64,000 nt of DNA from an uncultured Verrucomicrobiae bacterium (GTDB taxonomy: Bacteria; Verrucomicrobiota; Verrucomicrobiia; Limisphaerales; Palsa-1400), in contig OY969763.1 of assembly GCA_963702845.1 (NCBI GenBank), positions 608,001 through 672,000 of the forward strand. The letters run 5' to 3'. Below, in pieces: positions 50,365 to 61,143 of the stretch. The notes under the pieces are model-generated. The model did not search any database, had not been told where the DNA came from, and was given only the letters and a program-made list of their open reading frames with translations. A program made the position numbers and the translations under genes. Each line of letters opens with the position of its first letter. Within the stretch, counting starts at the first letter, position 1.

Positions 50365-52620
50365 ATGTTTACGCTGCTAACCCATCGGTTGCGCTTCTTG
50401 TTCGCAACGGCGCTCGGGCTGTTTTGTTCGTTCGGTTTTGCTGATATCGCATGCGCGGACAATCCACCGTCCTCTATCACGTACACGGAAATTTATCGTG
50501 ATACGATCCGCAACGACCCCGACTTCGGTCCGTTCGTCATACCGATCGTCTCGTCCTCGTTATCGGTCACACTATATACGAATGTGCCGAGTGCAACGTT
50601 TAGCGCGAAGACGCCATGGGACATCACTTTTGGACTGCTCGAGATATCCGGCTCATTTAGCAATGATCCAAATTACACGGTTGGCAAAACCTCCGCCGCT
50701 TTTCCATTTGTTGATCCAAATACGTCTCAAGTCGCCGGGGCTATTTTCATGTCGTGGCAGTCCGACCATTTCATGCTCACGATCAGGACGAGTTCAGATT
50801 TTGTCGATGCTTTGGATTTCTATACTGGCGCAACGCAGCCGATCAGCGATGCCTCTGATTTAACAATCACGGTTGGCAAATTGGCTCATACGAGCACCAT
50901 TTTCCTCAGCGGCCACAATACGCATCGAATCGATCCGGTTAGTCAGTTGGATTTGGACACGGGAAATATTCTCGGAAAAGGAGATTTTATCGGTCCGACC
51001 GTCTCCATTCAGTCGCCGGCGCCAAACTTTGCCACATTTAACTCGGCTTTGAATGTAACTGGCCTGGCTACTGATAACATCGGCGTTGGTGCCGTTATGT
51101 GGCGTTGGGCGGTGCCCGGCGAGGATCCTAGCCGCGGTGCGTCGCGGTTCGACGATTGGAGCTCGGTGGACGTGCTGAATATCCCTGAGACCGGACTGGC
51201 CACGCGCGCGACATGGAGCACGGCAGTGGACATGAGCTTCAACGAACCAGGCACGAATCGTTTTTGGGTCACTAGTCAGGATCCCGCCGGGCATTTTTCC
51301 GCGATACAAACCCGACAGTTCTTTTATTCCGTTCCAAGTTACCTGACCTTGCAATCGACTGATGGTGGCCGACCTGTTGGTGGACCGGGAGTGTTCAACA
51401 ACGCGGCACTGATAATCAATCGTCCCTATTCCGTCAACGCAATCGCTAATCGTGATAGCATTTTCCTGAACTGGATCGACGGAGATGGAACGGTGGTATC
51501 GATCACGCCGCAATACAAATTCCTGATGCAAGATTCCCTGACCTTGCAGGCAAACTTCGGGCCCAACCCGTTTCCCGCAGTCGCCGGTGTGTATAACGGA
51601 TTGTTCAATCCTGCCACCGGAGTGAGCGAGCTCGATTCGGGTTTGATTTCCGTGACCGTTAGTTCGCATGGCACTTACTCGGGTCACGTGACGCTTGAGT
51701 CCGGAACGTATTCGTTCACAGGCCAGTTTGGCTTCTACGGAAACGCGGGCGATCCCAACGCGGCGGACACAACATTCCAGATTACAGCCAAGGGATTGAA
51801 GCCAATCTTAGGCTCACTTCATATCGCGGGCGCGGGACCGAATGCCTTGAGTCGCAATCTCACTGGTCAACTTTCCGTCTTTGATGCACGCCTGCAAAAG
51901 CGCGTTGTTTCAGTGATCGACGCCGGGTATTCGGCCGGCGCAATCGGTGATGTTGCGGCAGGGTTGTACAATTTCCAGCTTCCTTCATCCCAGGGCACCA
52001 CTCAGATTGGGCCACTCGGTTACGGATACGGAAGTGTGACGCTAAAATCGAATGCTTTGGCTACCACGATGGTAACGCTCGCTGACCAGACGCCGGTTGC
52101 CACTTGCAGCAGCGCCTTAGTGGAAGGCGGCAGTTTACCGGTGTTTATCTCTGGCTATGGCGGCCTGGGAATTATGATCGGATGGCTCACATTCACGAAC
52201 GAAGCCACCAGCGATTTGCGCGGCGACAATGTGCATTGGATCAAACGTCGTCGCCCGGCTAATGCATTTTATCCTGATGGTTTTCATCGGATTTTTGAAG
52301 TGACTGGTTGCCGCTACGTAGCGCCGAAGGCCGGCACAAACATCCTGGGTTGGACCAGTGGAACGGTGAGTTTCGCTGACTTTGCCTTCTCTGGGACGGA
52401 AGGAATAGCGTTCGATCCGAAGCTCAACCGCTTCAGCTTTCCGGCAAATCAGGACAATTTTCGGATTGGCTTCTCGCCCGCGACGGGCATTTTCACCGGC
52501 ACGTTCGCTTCTAGGCCATCTCTGCCTCTTCGCGGAATTGTGCTGCCGAAATTGAATACGGCCTACGGCTTTTTCCTCGATCAAAACCAGAGCGGTTTTG
52601 TCGTCTTCAGCACGCCTTAG
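50365..52620 (+). CDS. Secreted protein: unknown N-domain + Ig + B-repeat + shared C-terminal domain
   Basis: Signal peptide; PTVSI.SP...GLATDNIGV; FLNW...LTLQANF; C-terminal domain from VAGVYNGLF. Confidence 0.8.
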   Translation: MFTLLTHRLRFLFATALGLFCSFGFADIACADNPPSSITYTEIYRDTIRNDPDFGPFVIPIVSSSLSVTLYTNVPSATFSAKTPWDITFGLLEISGSFSNDPNYTVGKTSAAFPFVDPNTSQVAGAIFMSWQSDHFMLTIRTSSDFVDALDFYTGATQPISDASDLTITVGKLAHTSTIFLSGHNTHRIDPVSQLDLDTGNILGKGDFIGPTVSIQSPAPNFATFNSALNVTGLATDNIGVGAVMWRWAVPGEDPSRGASRFDDWSSVDVLNIPETGLATRATWSTAVDMSFNEPGTNRFWVTSQDPAGHFSAIQTRQFFYSVPSYLTLQSTDGGRPVGGPGVFNNAALIINRPYSVNAIANRDSIFLNWIDGDGTVVSITPQYKFLMQDSLTLQANFGPNPFPAVAGVYNGLFNPATGVSELDSGLISVTVSSHGTYSGHVTLESGTYSFTGQFGFYGNAGDPNAADTTFQITAKGLKPILGSLHIAGAGPNALSRNLTGQLSVFDARLQKRVVSVIDAGYSAGAIGDVAAGLYNFQLPSSQGTTQIGPLGYGYGSVTLKSNALATTMVTLADQTPVATCSSALVEGGSLPVFISGYGGLGIMIGWLTFTNEATSDLRGDNVHWIKRRRPANAFYPDGFHRIFEVTGCRYVAPKAGTNILGWTSGTVSFADFAFSGTEGIAFDPKLNRFSFPANQDNFRIGFSPATGIFTGTFASRPSLPLRGIVLPKLNTAYGFFLDQNQSGFVVFSTP

Positions 52621-54014
52621 CGCTTGCCGAGCGTGGCGAGAAGCTTGTCGTGGATGTTGCCGAAGCCGCCATTGCTGAACACACAGATCACGTCACCGCC
52701 AACCGCTTCCTTTTTCAGGTGAGCGACGATCGAGTCGGCATCCGGCAGGTAAGCTGTTGGTTTGCCTAAAGCTTTGATGTCCTGCATCAGCTTCTCAGGA
52801 TTCAGGCGCTCTTCGGGCTTGAGCAATTCCAGGCGCGCAATTTGCGCAATCACGACTGCATCGGCGTCTTTGAACGAATCTGCCAATTCATTCTGAAACA
52901 CGTTCCGCCGCGTCGTGTTGGTGCGCGGCTCGAAAACGGCGAATATCTTTTGGTTTGCGTACTTCTGCCGCAAGGCTGACATCGTCTCACGAATCGCCGT
53001 CGGATGATGGCCGAAATCATCAATCACCGTAACGCCGCCCGCGATGCCCCGCACTTCCATGCGGCGTTTCACGCCTTTGAATGTTTCGAACGCCGCTTGG
53101 ATTTGTTTGTTCGATAAACCGCAATGCTTCGCACAACCGACGACGGCGAGCGCATTTCGGATGTTCAATTCGCCGACCATGTTCAGGTGAAACTTGAAGC
53201 TCGGGATTTCGAACGTGCTAGCGGTCGGACCGTACTTGATATTGAACGCCTGCACCGCATTGTCAGCACCGAGCCCGAAACGTTTCACTGGACAATGCGT
53301 CACATTCAGCAGCGGTGCGAGATTTGGATCATCGCCGTTGGCGAGCAATTGACCGTTGCGCGGGATCAGATTGATAAACCGTTTGAACGCGGTTTGGATC
53401 GCTCCAACGTTTTCGAAAATATCGGCGTGATCGAACTCCAGATTGTTGATGATCGCGACTTCTGGAAGGTAATGGACGAACTTGCTACGCTTATCGAAAA
53501 ATGCCGTGTCGTATTCGTCGCCTTCAATGATAAACCATTCGCTGTCGGTGAATCGTGCGCCCTGGCCGAAATTGTTTGGAATACCGCCGATGAGGTAGCT
53601 TGGGTTGAGCCCATTATGCTCAAAGACCCATGCGAGCAGGGAGGTGGTGGTTGTTTTTCCGTGGGTTCCGGAGACTACGAGCGAGCGTTTGCCGCGAATG
53701 AAAAATTCTTTGAGCAATTCTGGCAATGAACAATAACGCAATTTGTGATCTAGCACCGCTTCTGCTTCTGCGTTTCCGCGTGAGATCGCATTACCGATGA
53801 CAACGAGGTCGGGCTTATGTTTGAGATTGGACTCCGAATAGGCCCCCATTACGTCGATTTTGCGCTCTGCCAAAAACGTCGACATGGGCGGATACACCTG
53901 CGAGTCCGAGCCCGTAACGGTGTAACCTCGCGCCTGCATCGCCGCCGCCACCGAGGCCATGGCGGTCCCGCAAATTCCTACAAAATGAATGGAGCGAATC
54001 TCTGATGAAACCAT
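52617..54014 (-). CDS. mpl: UDP-MurNAc:tripeptide ligase (murein peptide ligase)
   Basis: GICGTAM, VYPPMS, GTHGKTTT, EGDEYDTAFFDKRSKF, DHADIF, DDFGHHPT, SNGGF. Confidence 0.92.
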   Translation of the reverse strand: MVSSEIRSIHFVGICGTAMASVAAAMQARGYTVTGSDSQVYPPMSTFLAERKIDVMGAYSESNLKHKPDLVVIGNAISRGNAEAEAVLDHKLRYCSLPELLKEFFIRGKRSLVVSGTHGKTTTTSLLAWVFEHNGLNPSYLIGGIPNNFGQGARFTDSEWFIIEGDEYDTAFFDKRSKFVHYLPEVAIINNLEFDHADIFENVGAIQTAFKRFINLIPRNGQLLANGDDPNLAPLLNVTHCPVKRFGLGADNAVQAFNIKYGPTASTFEIPSFKFHLNMVGELNIRNALAVVGCAKHCGLSNKQIQAAFETFKGVKRRMEVRGIAGGVTVIDDFGHHPTAIRETMSALRQKYANQKIFAVFEPRTNTTRRNVFQNELADSFKDADAVVIAQIARLELLKPEERLNPEKLMQDIKALGKPTAYLPDADSIVAHLKKEAVGGDVICVFSNGGFGNIHDKLLATLGKR

Positions 54015-54027
54015 GGCGCTATCATGT

Positions 54028-54452
54028 CTAAATCGGTTCAATCGTGAAATCATTTTTCACGCGAAACAATTTTTCGAAGCCTTCGCTCAATTGTGGTGGT
54101 TCCAATTTCTTTGCCATCGCATAAATCGCCACATTCGGCACGCGAGCTTTGCCCGCGCGTTGTGCGTTGCGTTTTAGCGCCTCATCAACCGAACAATCGA
54201 AATAATATCCAATCACCCGAAACTTCGCCGCCCTTGCTTGCGCAATATAAGCAGCCCTCTTTTCGCGAGTGACATTGGTGTTATCGAGAACAAAGGGCTG
54301 TTTCGCGCGCAAACACGCCTCGATGAGAGTCTTTTCCCGAGTTTCCGTCCGTAGCATGTCGCGATTGATGCGCACATGCGTATCGAGGAAATTCTTGGTG
54401 TAGAACGTAGATTTCCGGAGCCCGGTATACCGATGAACAAGACCAGTTCCAT
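54028..54452 (-). CDS. AAA_33 P-loop kinase-like protein, frameshifted in the P-loop
   Basis: MELVLFIGIPGSG|KSTFY...RINRD.L...VLDNTN...RN.QR...P...EGF. Confidence 0.75.
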
Positions 54453-54465
54453 ACTGGCACGCCGG

Positions 54466-55906
54466 TTAGCTCTTCAGCTTTCGCTCGAGAATTTCGCCGA
54501 TCAGATCCAGGGTTAGCCTTTCCTTTGCTGATTCTCATCACTTGGCCTTTGAGAAAGTTGAGTGCTGCCGCATTGCCTGCCTTGTAATCGGCAGCAGGGC
54601 GAGGATTGGCGGCGATGACCTCGTCGCAGAATTTTTCAATGGCACCGGTATCGCTGACCTGGGCCAGGCCTTTTTTCTCCACAATCGCGCTTGGCATTTC
54701 GCCGGTTTCAAACATGTCGCCGAAGACCTGCTGGCCGATGGCGCTGCTGATTTTTTTGCTGTCGACGAGCGAGACAAGTTCGATGATCGCCTCAGGCTTG
54801 AACTTTACGTCGTGCAAGGCCGTGCCGGTTTCGCCGAGCTTCGCACGCAAATTATTGATCACCCAGTTAGCAACGGCTTTCGGATTGCTTGGACTGTTTC
54901 GCCACGGTTTCGAAATACAAGCCAAGCGGCGCATCCCACACAAATGTCTGCGCATCTGAAGCAGGTAATTGATATTCTGAAATCATGCCGTTGTTTCTTC
55001 GCCAACGGCAGTTCCACGACGCGCGCTTTCACTTCTTGCAAGCCACTCGTCGGTTGGAACGAACGGCATCAGAGTCGGGTTCCGGAAAATAGCGGTAATC
55101 GTGCGCTTCTTCTTTGGAACGCATCAATTCGGTGATTCCACCTTCATCATCCCAGCGGCGCGTTTCCTGAAACAATTGGCCGCCGCTTTTGATTACCTCA
55201 ATCTGGCGCGGGATCTCATATTGCAACGCCCGCCGAACACCGCTGAAGGTGTTCATGTTTTTGATTTCGATTTTCTTCCCCAAGCGTTTTTTGGCCGACC
55301 GGGCGCACGCTGACGTTCACATCGCATCGCACCATGCCTTTTTCCATGTCTGCGTCACTGACGCCGCCGTAAATTAAAATCTCCTTCAGCGCGTTCACAT
55401 ATTCATAAGCCATGTCGGCGCTGGTGATGTCCGGCTCCGAAACGATTTCCAGCAACGGCACTCCGGCGCGATTGAAATCAACACCGCTAAATCGCGGGAA
55501 ATGGAAGTTTTTGCCGACGTCTTCTTCCAGGTGCGCGCGCGTGATGCGAACGCTGCGCAATCTGACCTTCAAATTCGAAATCAACGTAGCCATTTTGCGT
55601 CGACGGTTTGTCGAATTGAGTCACCTGATAATTCTTGGGCATGTCCGGATAGAAATAATTCTTCCGGTCAAACTTTGCGTAACGGGTCACTTCGCAATTG
55701 AGCAGATAGCCAGTCAAGGCGGTCAGCCGCAACGCTTCTTCATTGGCCACCGGCAACACGCCGGGCATGCCGAGGCAAACGGGGCAGACGTTGGTATTCG
55801 GCGGCGCGCCGAATTCATTCGCGCAGCCGCACCACATCTTTGATTTCGTCTTTAGCTGGACATGCGTTTCCAGTCCGATAACAGCTTCGTATTCCACAAC
55901 AGACAA
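54466..55906 (-). CDS. gatB: Asp/Glu-tRNA amidotransferase subunit B, multiple frameshifts
   Basis: [76 protein letters not shown]. Confidence 0.93.
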
Positions 55907-55957
55907 ATCTTTCTCAATTAAACCGCACTTTGCAAATGCGTAAACGTGCTCAGCCCC

Positions 55958-56425
55958 TCATAAACGCCGATTAACATAATGCAAGATCTTGAACTCAGGG
56001 TTGTCGCGCAGTTGCTCGACCAGGTCGAAATTACCCTCAAACGGTGGAAAAAAAGCATCGCCTTCCACCGTGCGTTTCACAACTGTCAGATAAAGGTCAG
56101 AACATTCAGCGAGCGTTTGCGAGTAGATCTGTGCGCCGCCACAAATAAACACTTCGCGAGTTTCTTTTGAAACATCAATGTCTCTCCAGTCCGCAACGGT
56201 CGCTACTCCCGGATAAGAAAATCCAGTCCGGCTAATAACAATCGTTGTGCGATTGGGCAGTGGCCTGCCAATCGATTCAAAAGTCTTCCGGCCCATGACA
56301 ACGACATTGCCGGTGGTCAATTGTTTGAACCACTTGAAATCCTCAGGCAGATGCCACGGAATCTGATTGCCGCGTCCGATGACCCGGTTTTCGCTCATGG
56401 CGGCAATGGCTTTGAAGTGTTTCAA
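55958..56425 (-). CDS. folA: Dihydrofolate reductase
   Basis: IAAMSENRVIG..NQIPWHLPED, MGRKTFES, PLPNR, ICGGAQIY, EGDAFFP; TTG start. Confidence 0.93.
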   Translation of the reverse strand: MKHFKAIAAMSENRVIGRGNQIPWHLPEDFKWFKQLTTGNVVVMGRKTFESIGRPLPNRTTIVISRTGFSYPGVATVADWRDIDVSKETREVFICGGAQIYSQTLAECSDLYLTVVKRTVEGDAFFPPFEGNFDLVEQLRDNPEFKILHYVNRRL

Positions 56426-56498
56426 CCTCGACCGTTGTAACTCAAACGCGCCGATGCGCAAAGCCGCAACATTCAAGCCGATTGAATCAGCTTGGTTG

Positions 56499-57731
56499 AT
56501 GGTTCGTCCATTGCTTGTGACATGTGTTAACCAAAAAAGCTCTGGGCTCGCCTTTTTCTGTTTATTTCTCATTGCGTCGGTTGCCCACGCGGTTGACGCG
56601 CCAAAGCGTTTCAGCCAGGAAAAATTCGTCATCGGCCTCTGGAACCCGCCGGAGCGCGGTGACTTTGACAAAGCATACAAGGAAATTGCCGAAGCAAACT
56701 TCACGCTCGTGGTCAACACGCCCCAACTAAAACTCTGCGAAAAATATGGTCTGCAGGCGCTGATTTCCAATGGCATCAACGAGCCCGTGCCGGATAGTCC
56801 CGCTTGCATCGGCTATTTCGTCGCTGACGAACCGGGCCCAGGTTCGTATCCCGAAATGGCCCGACGTGCTGAAGAAGTCCGCACGAAGAAACCGGGTAAG
56901 TTCGGCTATATCAATTTGCTGCCAAATTATGCGCCGGCGTGGGCACTCGGCGGGACTTACGACGATTACGTAGGCAATTTCATCAAGATCGTCAAACCGG
57001 AGGTGTTGTCGATGGATAACTACCCGACGATGCGCCCGGATGGTGATTCGCGGCCAACGTATCGCTCGAACCTGGAGGTTTTCCGCAAATACGCCACGGA
57101 GGCCAACATCCCGTTTTGGAATTATTTTTACTGCATGCCGTTCAACGAGAAGTTGGATCCGACGGAAGCGCAGATTCGGTGGCAAATCTTTACGTCGATC
57201 GCTTACGGCGCCAAAGGCGTTCTTTACTTTTGTTATTGGACTCCGGGTAAAGGCGCTGCCGGGGGCGGTGAATTTCCCAAAGGCGGCGCGATCATTACGG
57301 CTGAAGGCCTGAAGACGCGGCATTACGATGAAGCGAGGCGGATCAATGCCGAAGTGAAGAATCTCGGGCCGACGTTGATGAAATTGAAAAGCACTGGCGT
57401 TTATCTGGTGACAACAACCGCTGCGACAACCATTCCGGCGTCGAGCGGGTTGACGAATCTCGCGGGGATTAAAGGCGATCCGGTTGGGAACTATCTTGTC
57501 GGCACGTTCACGTCGGGCGATGGTTCGCGCGCTGTTATGATCATGAACGACAACTATAGCTATACCGGATGGTTAAACCTGACGTTCGACATGGACGCGA
57601 AAGACGTGATGGAGGTTTCAAAAACGACCGGGCAACTTGAGCCGGTGGTTGATGACAGTCCGGAGCTAAAAGGGTTGCAGGCCTCGTTTGGTGCAGGCGA
57701 TGGACGGCTGTTCGTGCTTCCACGTCGATAG
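56499..57731 (+). CDS. Secreted putative glycoside hydrolase (TIM-barrel-like, family unclear)
   Basis: Signal peptide; GYFVADEP, YINLLP, SMDNYP, RWQ..TSIAYGAKGVLYF.YW. Confidence 0.65.
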   Translation: MVRPLLVTCVNQKSSGLAFFCLFLIASVAHAVDAPKRFSQEKFVIGLWNPPERGDFDKAYKEIAEANFTLVVNTPQLKLCEKYGLQALISNGINEPVPDSPACIGYFVADEPGPGSYPEMARRAEEVRTKKPGKFGYINLLPNYAPAWALGGTYDDYVGNFIKIVKPEVLSMDNYPTMRPDGDSRPTYRSNLEVFRKYATEANIPFWNYFYCMPFNEKLDPTEAQIRWQIFTSIAYGAKGVLYFCYWTPGKGAAGGGEFPKGGAIITAEGLKTRHYDEARRINAEVKNLGPTLMKLKSTGVYLVTTTAATTIPASSGLTNLAGIKGDPVGNYLVGTFTSGDGSRAVMIMNDNYSYTGWLNLTFDMDAKDVMEVSKTTGQLEPVVDDSPELKGLQASFGAGDGRLFVLPRR

Positions 57732-57770
57732 CTTGTTCTGACGCTGCGAACATAGAACAGTGATCATTTT

Positions 57771-57873
57771 TAACTCCCGTTAACTCCTGTTAACTCCTGT
57801 TAAGTGCCGTTTGCTGCCGTTTGTGACCGTCGAAGATTTACTTTTGGTTTGAATTCCTTTGAATTCCTTTGAA
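57771..57873. repeat. Two 10-bp-period tandem arrays
   Basis: TAACTCCCGT/TAACTCCTGT/TAACTCCTGT/TAAGTGCCGT/TTGCTGCCGT/TTGTGACCGT (57771-57830) and (TTTGAATTCC)x2.5 (57848-57873). Confidence 0.8.
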
Positions 57874-57966
57874 ACGGTCCGGGAGGCAGACAACCGCGTA
57901 CACACCAAGAGAGCTTGCCGAACGCTGATTAAGAGCTTCGGCGGTTGAATTACCCTGTTTCCCTAT

Positions 57967-58037
57967 TTGTCAAAGAACAATTGCCAGCCACTTGCTGGCG
58001 CATGAAGTAACTTACGACACTTGATATGATGTGTCAA
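57967..58037 (-). promoter_or_regulatory. Sigma70 promoter followed by hairpin and boxA-like motif
   Basis: Minus strand: TTGACA-17-TAAGTT (58037-58009), GCCAGC-AAGTG-GCTGGC (57999-57983), GTTCTTTGACAA (57978-57967). Confidence 0.65.
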
Positions 58038-58116
58038 ATCTATGATGATTTGAACGAGGCGCGGTCCGATGGGGTGTTCTCGACAGCACTGCACTTTCCC
58101 CGCTAAAGTCGATGGA

Positions 58117-59535
58117 ATGAAACCCTTGTATTCTCTGGCAGCGGCTTTGCTTTTAGTGTGCAACGGGAGCGCGGAAACGATTCAGTTGGGGGCGCGTCGC
58201 GAGCTGTTTGTTGATCGGTTTTTGATCGGGACGATGACGAATGCGGAGTTGCGCTTGCACGAGCCACGTCGGGATGGGCCGGCGATTCTTTTCGATAAAC
58301 CTTGGGATGGAGGGTTCTCCGCGTATGTGACGGTGTTCAAGGATGGGGATGTTTACCGGATGTATTATCGCGGGTCACCCAAGGCTGGCCACGATGGGAA
58401 TAGTAATGAATCGGTTTGTTATGCGGAGTCGAAAGACGGAATGGCGTGGACGAAACCGGACCTGGAACTCTTCGAGGTCGCAGGCACGAAGCACAACAAC
58501 GTGGTTCTGACGAACGCGCCGTATGCGCATAACTTCAGTCCGTTTCGCGATGAGGCTCCGTCCGCGACTGCCGGCGCTAGATATAAAGCGCTGGCAGGCC
58601 TCCAGAAGGGCGGGTTGCATGCGTTTGCTTCGGCGGATGCCCTTCACTGGAACCCGATGCAAGCTGAGCCGGTATTTACGCGAGGCGCTTTTGACTCGCA
58701 GAATGTGGCGTTCTGGTCGGTAACGGAATCGCAATATGTTTGTTACTTTCGCACCTGGAAGCAGATGACGAAGGATGGGTTTCGGTGGATTTCACGGACG
58801 ACGAGCAAAGATTTTGTGCATTGGACTGAGCCCGAAGAAATGGAATTTGGCGACACGGCGCCGGAGCATCTCTACACGAACGGCACGCATCCGTATTATC
58901 GCGCGCCACATATTTACATCGCGCTGGCGAAGCGGTTTTTTCCAAACAAGGTCGCATTGCCATCGGAACAGGCACGAAAGCTGGTGAACTATCCCGGGTA
59001 TCGCATTGCGTCGAGTGATTCGATTCTCATGACGACGCGCGGTGGCACACATTATGAGCGCGCGTTCATGGACGCATTCATTCGCCCGGGGCCGGATCCG
59101 GAAGATTGGATTTCGCGCGATAACATGCCGGCGTGCGGCGTGGTGCCGGGAGATGCGCGCACGATGTTCATTTATCGGATGTCGCATTATGCGCAGCCTT
59201 CGGCGGAGATGACGCGGTATTCATTGCGAACGGATGGGTTTATTTCGGTGCACGCTGCCTACGCAGGCGGTGAGATGGTGACGAAGCCATTTACGTTTTC
59301 TGGCTCGCAACTTTCACTGAATTTCCAGAGCAGCGCCGCGGGTGGAGTGCGGGTGGAATTGCAGGATAAAACGGGCAAGGTGTTGATGAATTGCGCGGAG
59401 ATGATGGGGGATGAAATCGATCGCGATGTGACATGGTCGCAGGGTGGTGATCTGCGCCGGTTTGCCGGGAAGACGGTTCGGTTGCGATTTATCTTAAAAG
59501 ATGCGGACCTTTATTCACTGCAGTTTCATGACTAG
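58117..59535 (+). CDS. Secreted five-bladed beta-propeller glycoside hydrolase-like protein
   Basis: RRELFVD, YRMYYR, YAESKDG..W.KP, FDSQN, S.DF.HW; C-terminal R.DGF...TKP...L.LN...G.VRVEL.D. Confidence 0.7.
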   Translation: MKPLYSLAAALLLVCNGSAETIQLGARRELFVDRFLIGTMTNAELRLHEPRRDGPAILFDKPWDGGFSAYVTVFKDGDVYRMYYRGSPKAGHDGNSNESVCYAESKDGMAWTKPDLELFEVAGTKHNNVVLTNAPYAHNFSPFRDEAPSATAGARYKALAGLQKGGLHAFASADALHWNPMQAEPVFTRGAFDSQNVAFWSVTESQYVCYFRTWKQMTKDGFRWISRTTSKDFVHWTEPEEMEFGDTAPEHLYTNGTHPYYRAPHIYIALAKRFFPNKVALPSEQARKLVNYPGYRIASSDSILMTTRGGTHYERAFMDAFIRPGPDPEDWISRDNMPACGVVPGDARTMFIYRMSHYAQPSAEMTRYSLRTDGFISVHAAYAGGEMVTKPFTFSGSQLSLNFQSSAAGGVRVELQDKTGKVLMNCAEMMGDEIDRDVTWSQGGDLRRFAGKTVRLRFILKDADLYSLQFHD

Positions 59536-61060
59536 AGCGTTGCCAATTTTGTTAGGCGCGTTGATGGTTTTCACGGCGTCGGCGCGCACGATTCTTTTTC
59601 TGGATGATGAAGATGTTTTGTATCGGTCGGGCACGAAACGCGTTCTCGTCCCGTTAAAAGCGCATGTGTCGAATCCGTTGTTAGAGGGACATGAGAAGCC
59701 GTGGGAAACTGCGATTGCGTGGACGAGTGTTTATCGCAATCCAGCCAGCGGCCATTATCAACTCTGGTATCAAGCATTCGCCGGCGATGCGGCGCGCGAC
59801 AAGACACGACGGTGCACGGTTTGTTACGCGGAGTCGGACGACGGCGTTCATTTCACCCGGCCGAATCTCGGGTTGTATGACTTCAACGGAATTAAAGAGA
59901 ACAACATTGTGCTGTTGGCGAATGGCGCCCGGTTGGATCGGTATGGGGTATCAGTTGTCGTGGACGAAAAGGAGCGGGATGCGAGTCGATGTTATAAAAT
60001 GGCGTATTTTGATTTTACGCGGGACGGCGGCAAGGAGTTGCCGGGGTTAAATGTGGCTTTTTCAGCGGATGGGATTCATTGGACCAAATATCCACACGAA
60101 CCTCTGTCGCGCGCATCCTACGGTGATTATGGTGAGCCGGTTCTGGTTGCAGGTGAATCGAACGGCGCAAGTCTTGCGTGGCCGTTATCGATGGCGGATG
60201 CGTTGGATGTGTTTTGGGATACGCCGCGCAAGGTGTTCGCGATTTATGGGAAGATGTGGATCGATGGACCGGATGGCGGCATGCACTGGAAACATGCGAT
60301 GGGGCGCATCGAAAGCACGGATTTTATCCATTGGTCCAGCCCGCAGTTGATTTTGACACCGGATGATTTGGATGCGAAGTCGGTGGAATTTCACACGACG
60401 CCAGTTTTTTACCACGAGGGCTATTACATCTCGCCGTTGCAGATTCTTGATCGCGCGCAAAATGGCGGAGTGGTCGATATTGAATTCGCGGTGAGCCGTG
60501 ATGGATTGAAATGGCAGCGGCCGTATCGGAATTCGTTTTGGCTTCAGCGGACTTCCGGGAACAAATTCGACAGCGGTTCATTGTTTGTTTGTGCGCAGCC
60601 GGTGACGGTGGGTGATGAAACACGGTTTTACTTCGGCGCCTATTCGCAAGGTGCGACGGGCGGCGACGATTATTCGCTGGCGAGCGGGATTGGTTTGGCG
60701 ACGATGACGCGCGATCGTTTTGTGGGAATTGAACCAGTGGCGGTGAGTGATCAGCCGACTTTGAAGGCGCCGTTGCATAACGTCGGCCAGGTGACTTTGA
60801 AGCCTGTGGATTTGGGTGGCGTCGACGGCATTGAACTGAATGCGGATGCAAAAGATGGGATGATTCGAGTTGAGCTTCTGGATGAGGAAGGAAAACGGCT
60901 GCGGGGATTTACGGCGACGGAGGCGGTTGCGATTAGTGGGGATTCGGTCCGACATCGGGTGATGTGGAAAACACCCAAGGTATTGCCGGCGCGGAGGTGT
61001 TTGATTCGCGTGCATCTGCAGCAGGCGACATTGTATGGGGTGACGCTAAAAGAGAAGTGA
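59528..61060 (+). CDS. Secreted beta-propeller glycoside hydrolase-like protein, distant paralogue
   Basis: LFLDD, YQLWY, YAESDDG..F.RP.LG, S.DG.HW, STDFIHW; same C-terminal module. Confidence 0.7.
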   Translation: MTRALPILLGALMVFTASARTILFLDDEDVLYRSGTKRVLVPLKAHVSNPLLEGHEKPWETAIAWTSVYRNPASGHYQLWYQAFAGDAARDKTRRCTVCYAESDDGVHFTRPNLGLYDFNGIKENNIVLLANGARLDRYGVSVVVDEKERDASRCYKMAYFDFTRDGGKELPGLNVAFSADGIHWTKYPHEPLSRASYGDYGEPVLVAGESNGASLAWPLSMADALDVFWDTPRKVFAIYGKMWIDGPDGGMHWKHAMGRIESTDFIHWSSPQLILTPDDLDAKSVEFHTTPVFYHEGYYISPLQILDRAQNGGVVDIEFAVSRDGLKWQRPYRNSFWLQRTSGNKFDSGSLFVCAQPVTVGDETRFYFGAYSQGATGGDDYSLASGIGLATMTRDRFVGIEPVAVSDQPTLKAPLHNVGQVTLKPVDLGGVDGIELNADAKDGMIRVELLDEEGKRLRGFTATEAVAISGDSVRHRVMWKTPKVLPARRCLIRVHLQQATLYGVTLKEK

Positions 61061-61143
61061 ACCGATTTTCGGCATGTTCTGCGCGCACGGTGCCGGTGAA
61101 TCCTGTTGACTCGGCCTCGATAGCTCCTAAAACGACGACGAAC

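Noticed and set aside
54400..55600. gatB as a pseudogene
   Set aside because: Removing single extra bases restores a normal sequence (e.g. [45 protein letters not shown]), and gatB is normally essential
56426..56809. Long N-terminal fusion on DHFR overlapping the opposite-strand gene
   Set aside because: The DHFR fold begins at LKHFKAIAAM (TTG 56425); the upstream part is the antisense shadow of the 56499 gene
57771..57873. CRISPR array or oriC unwinding element
   Set aside because: Units are contiguous 10-mers without spacers, and no cas genes, dnaA or clear DnaA boxes were seen
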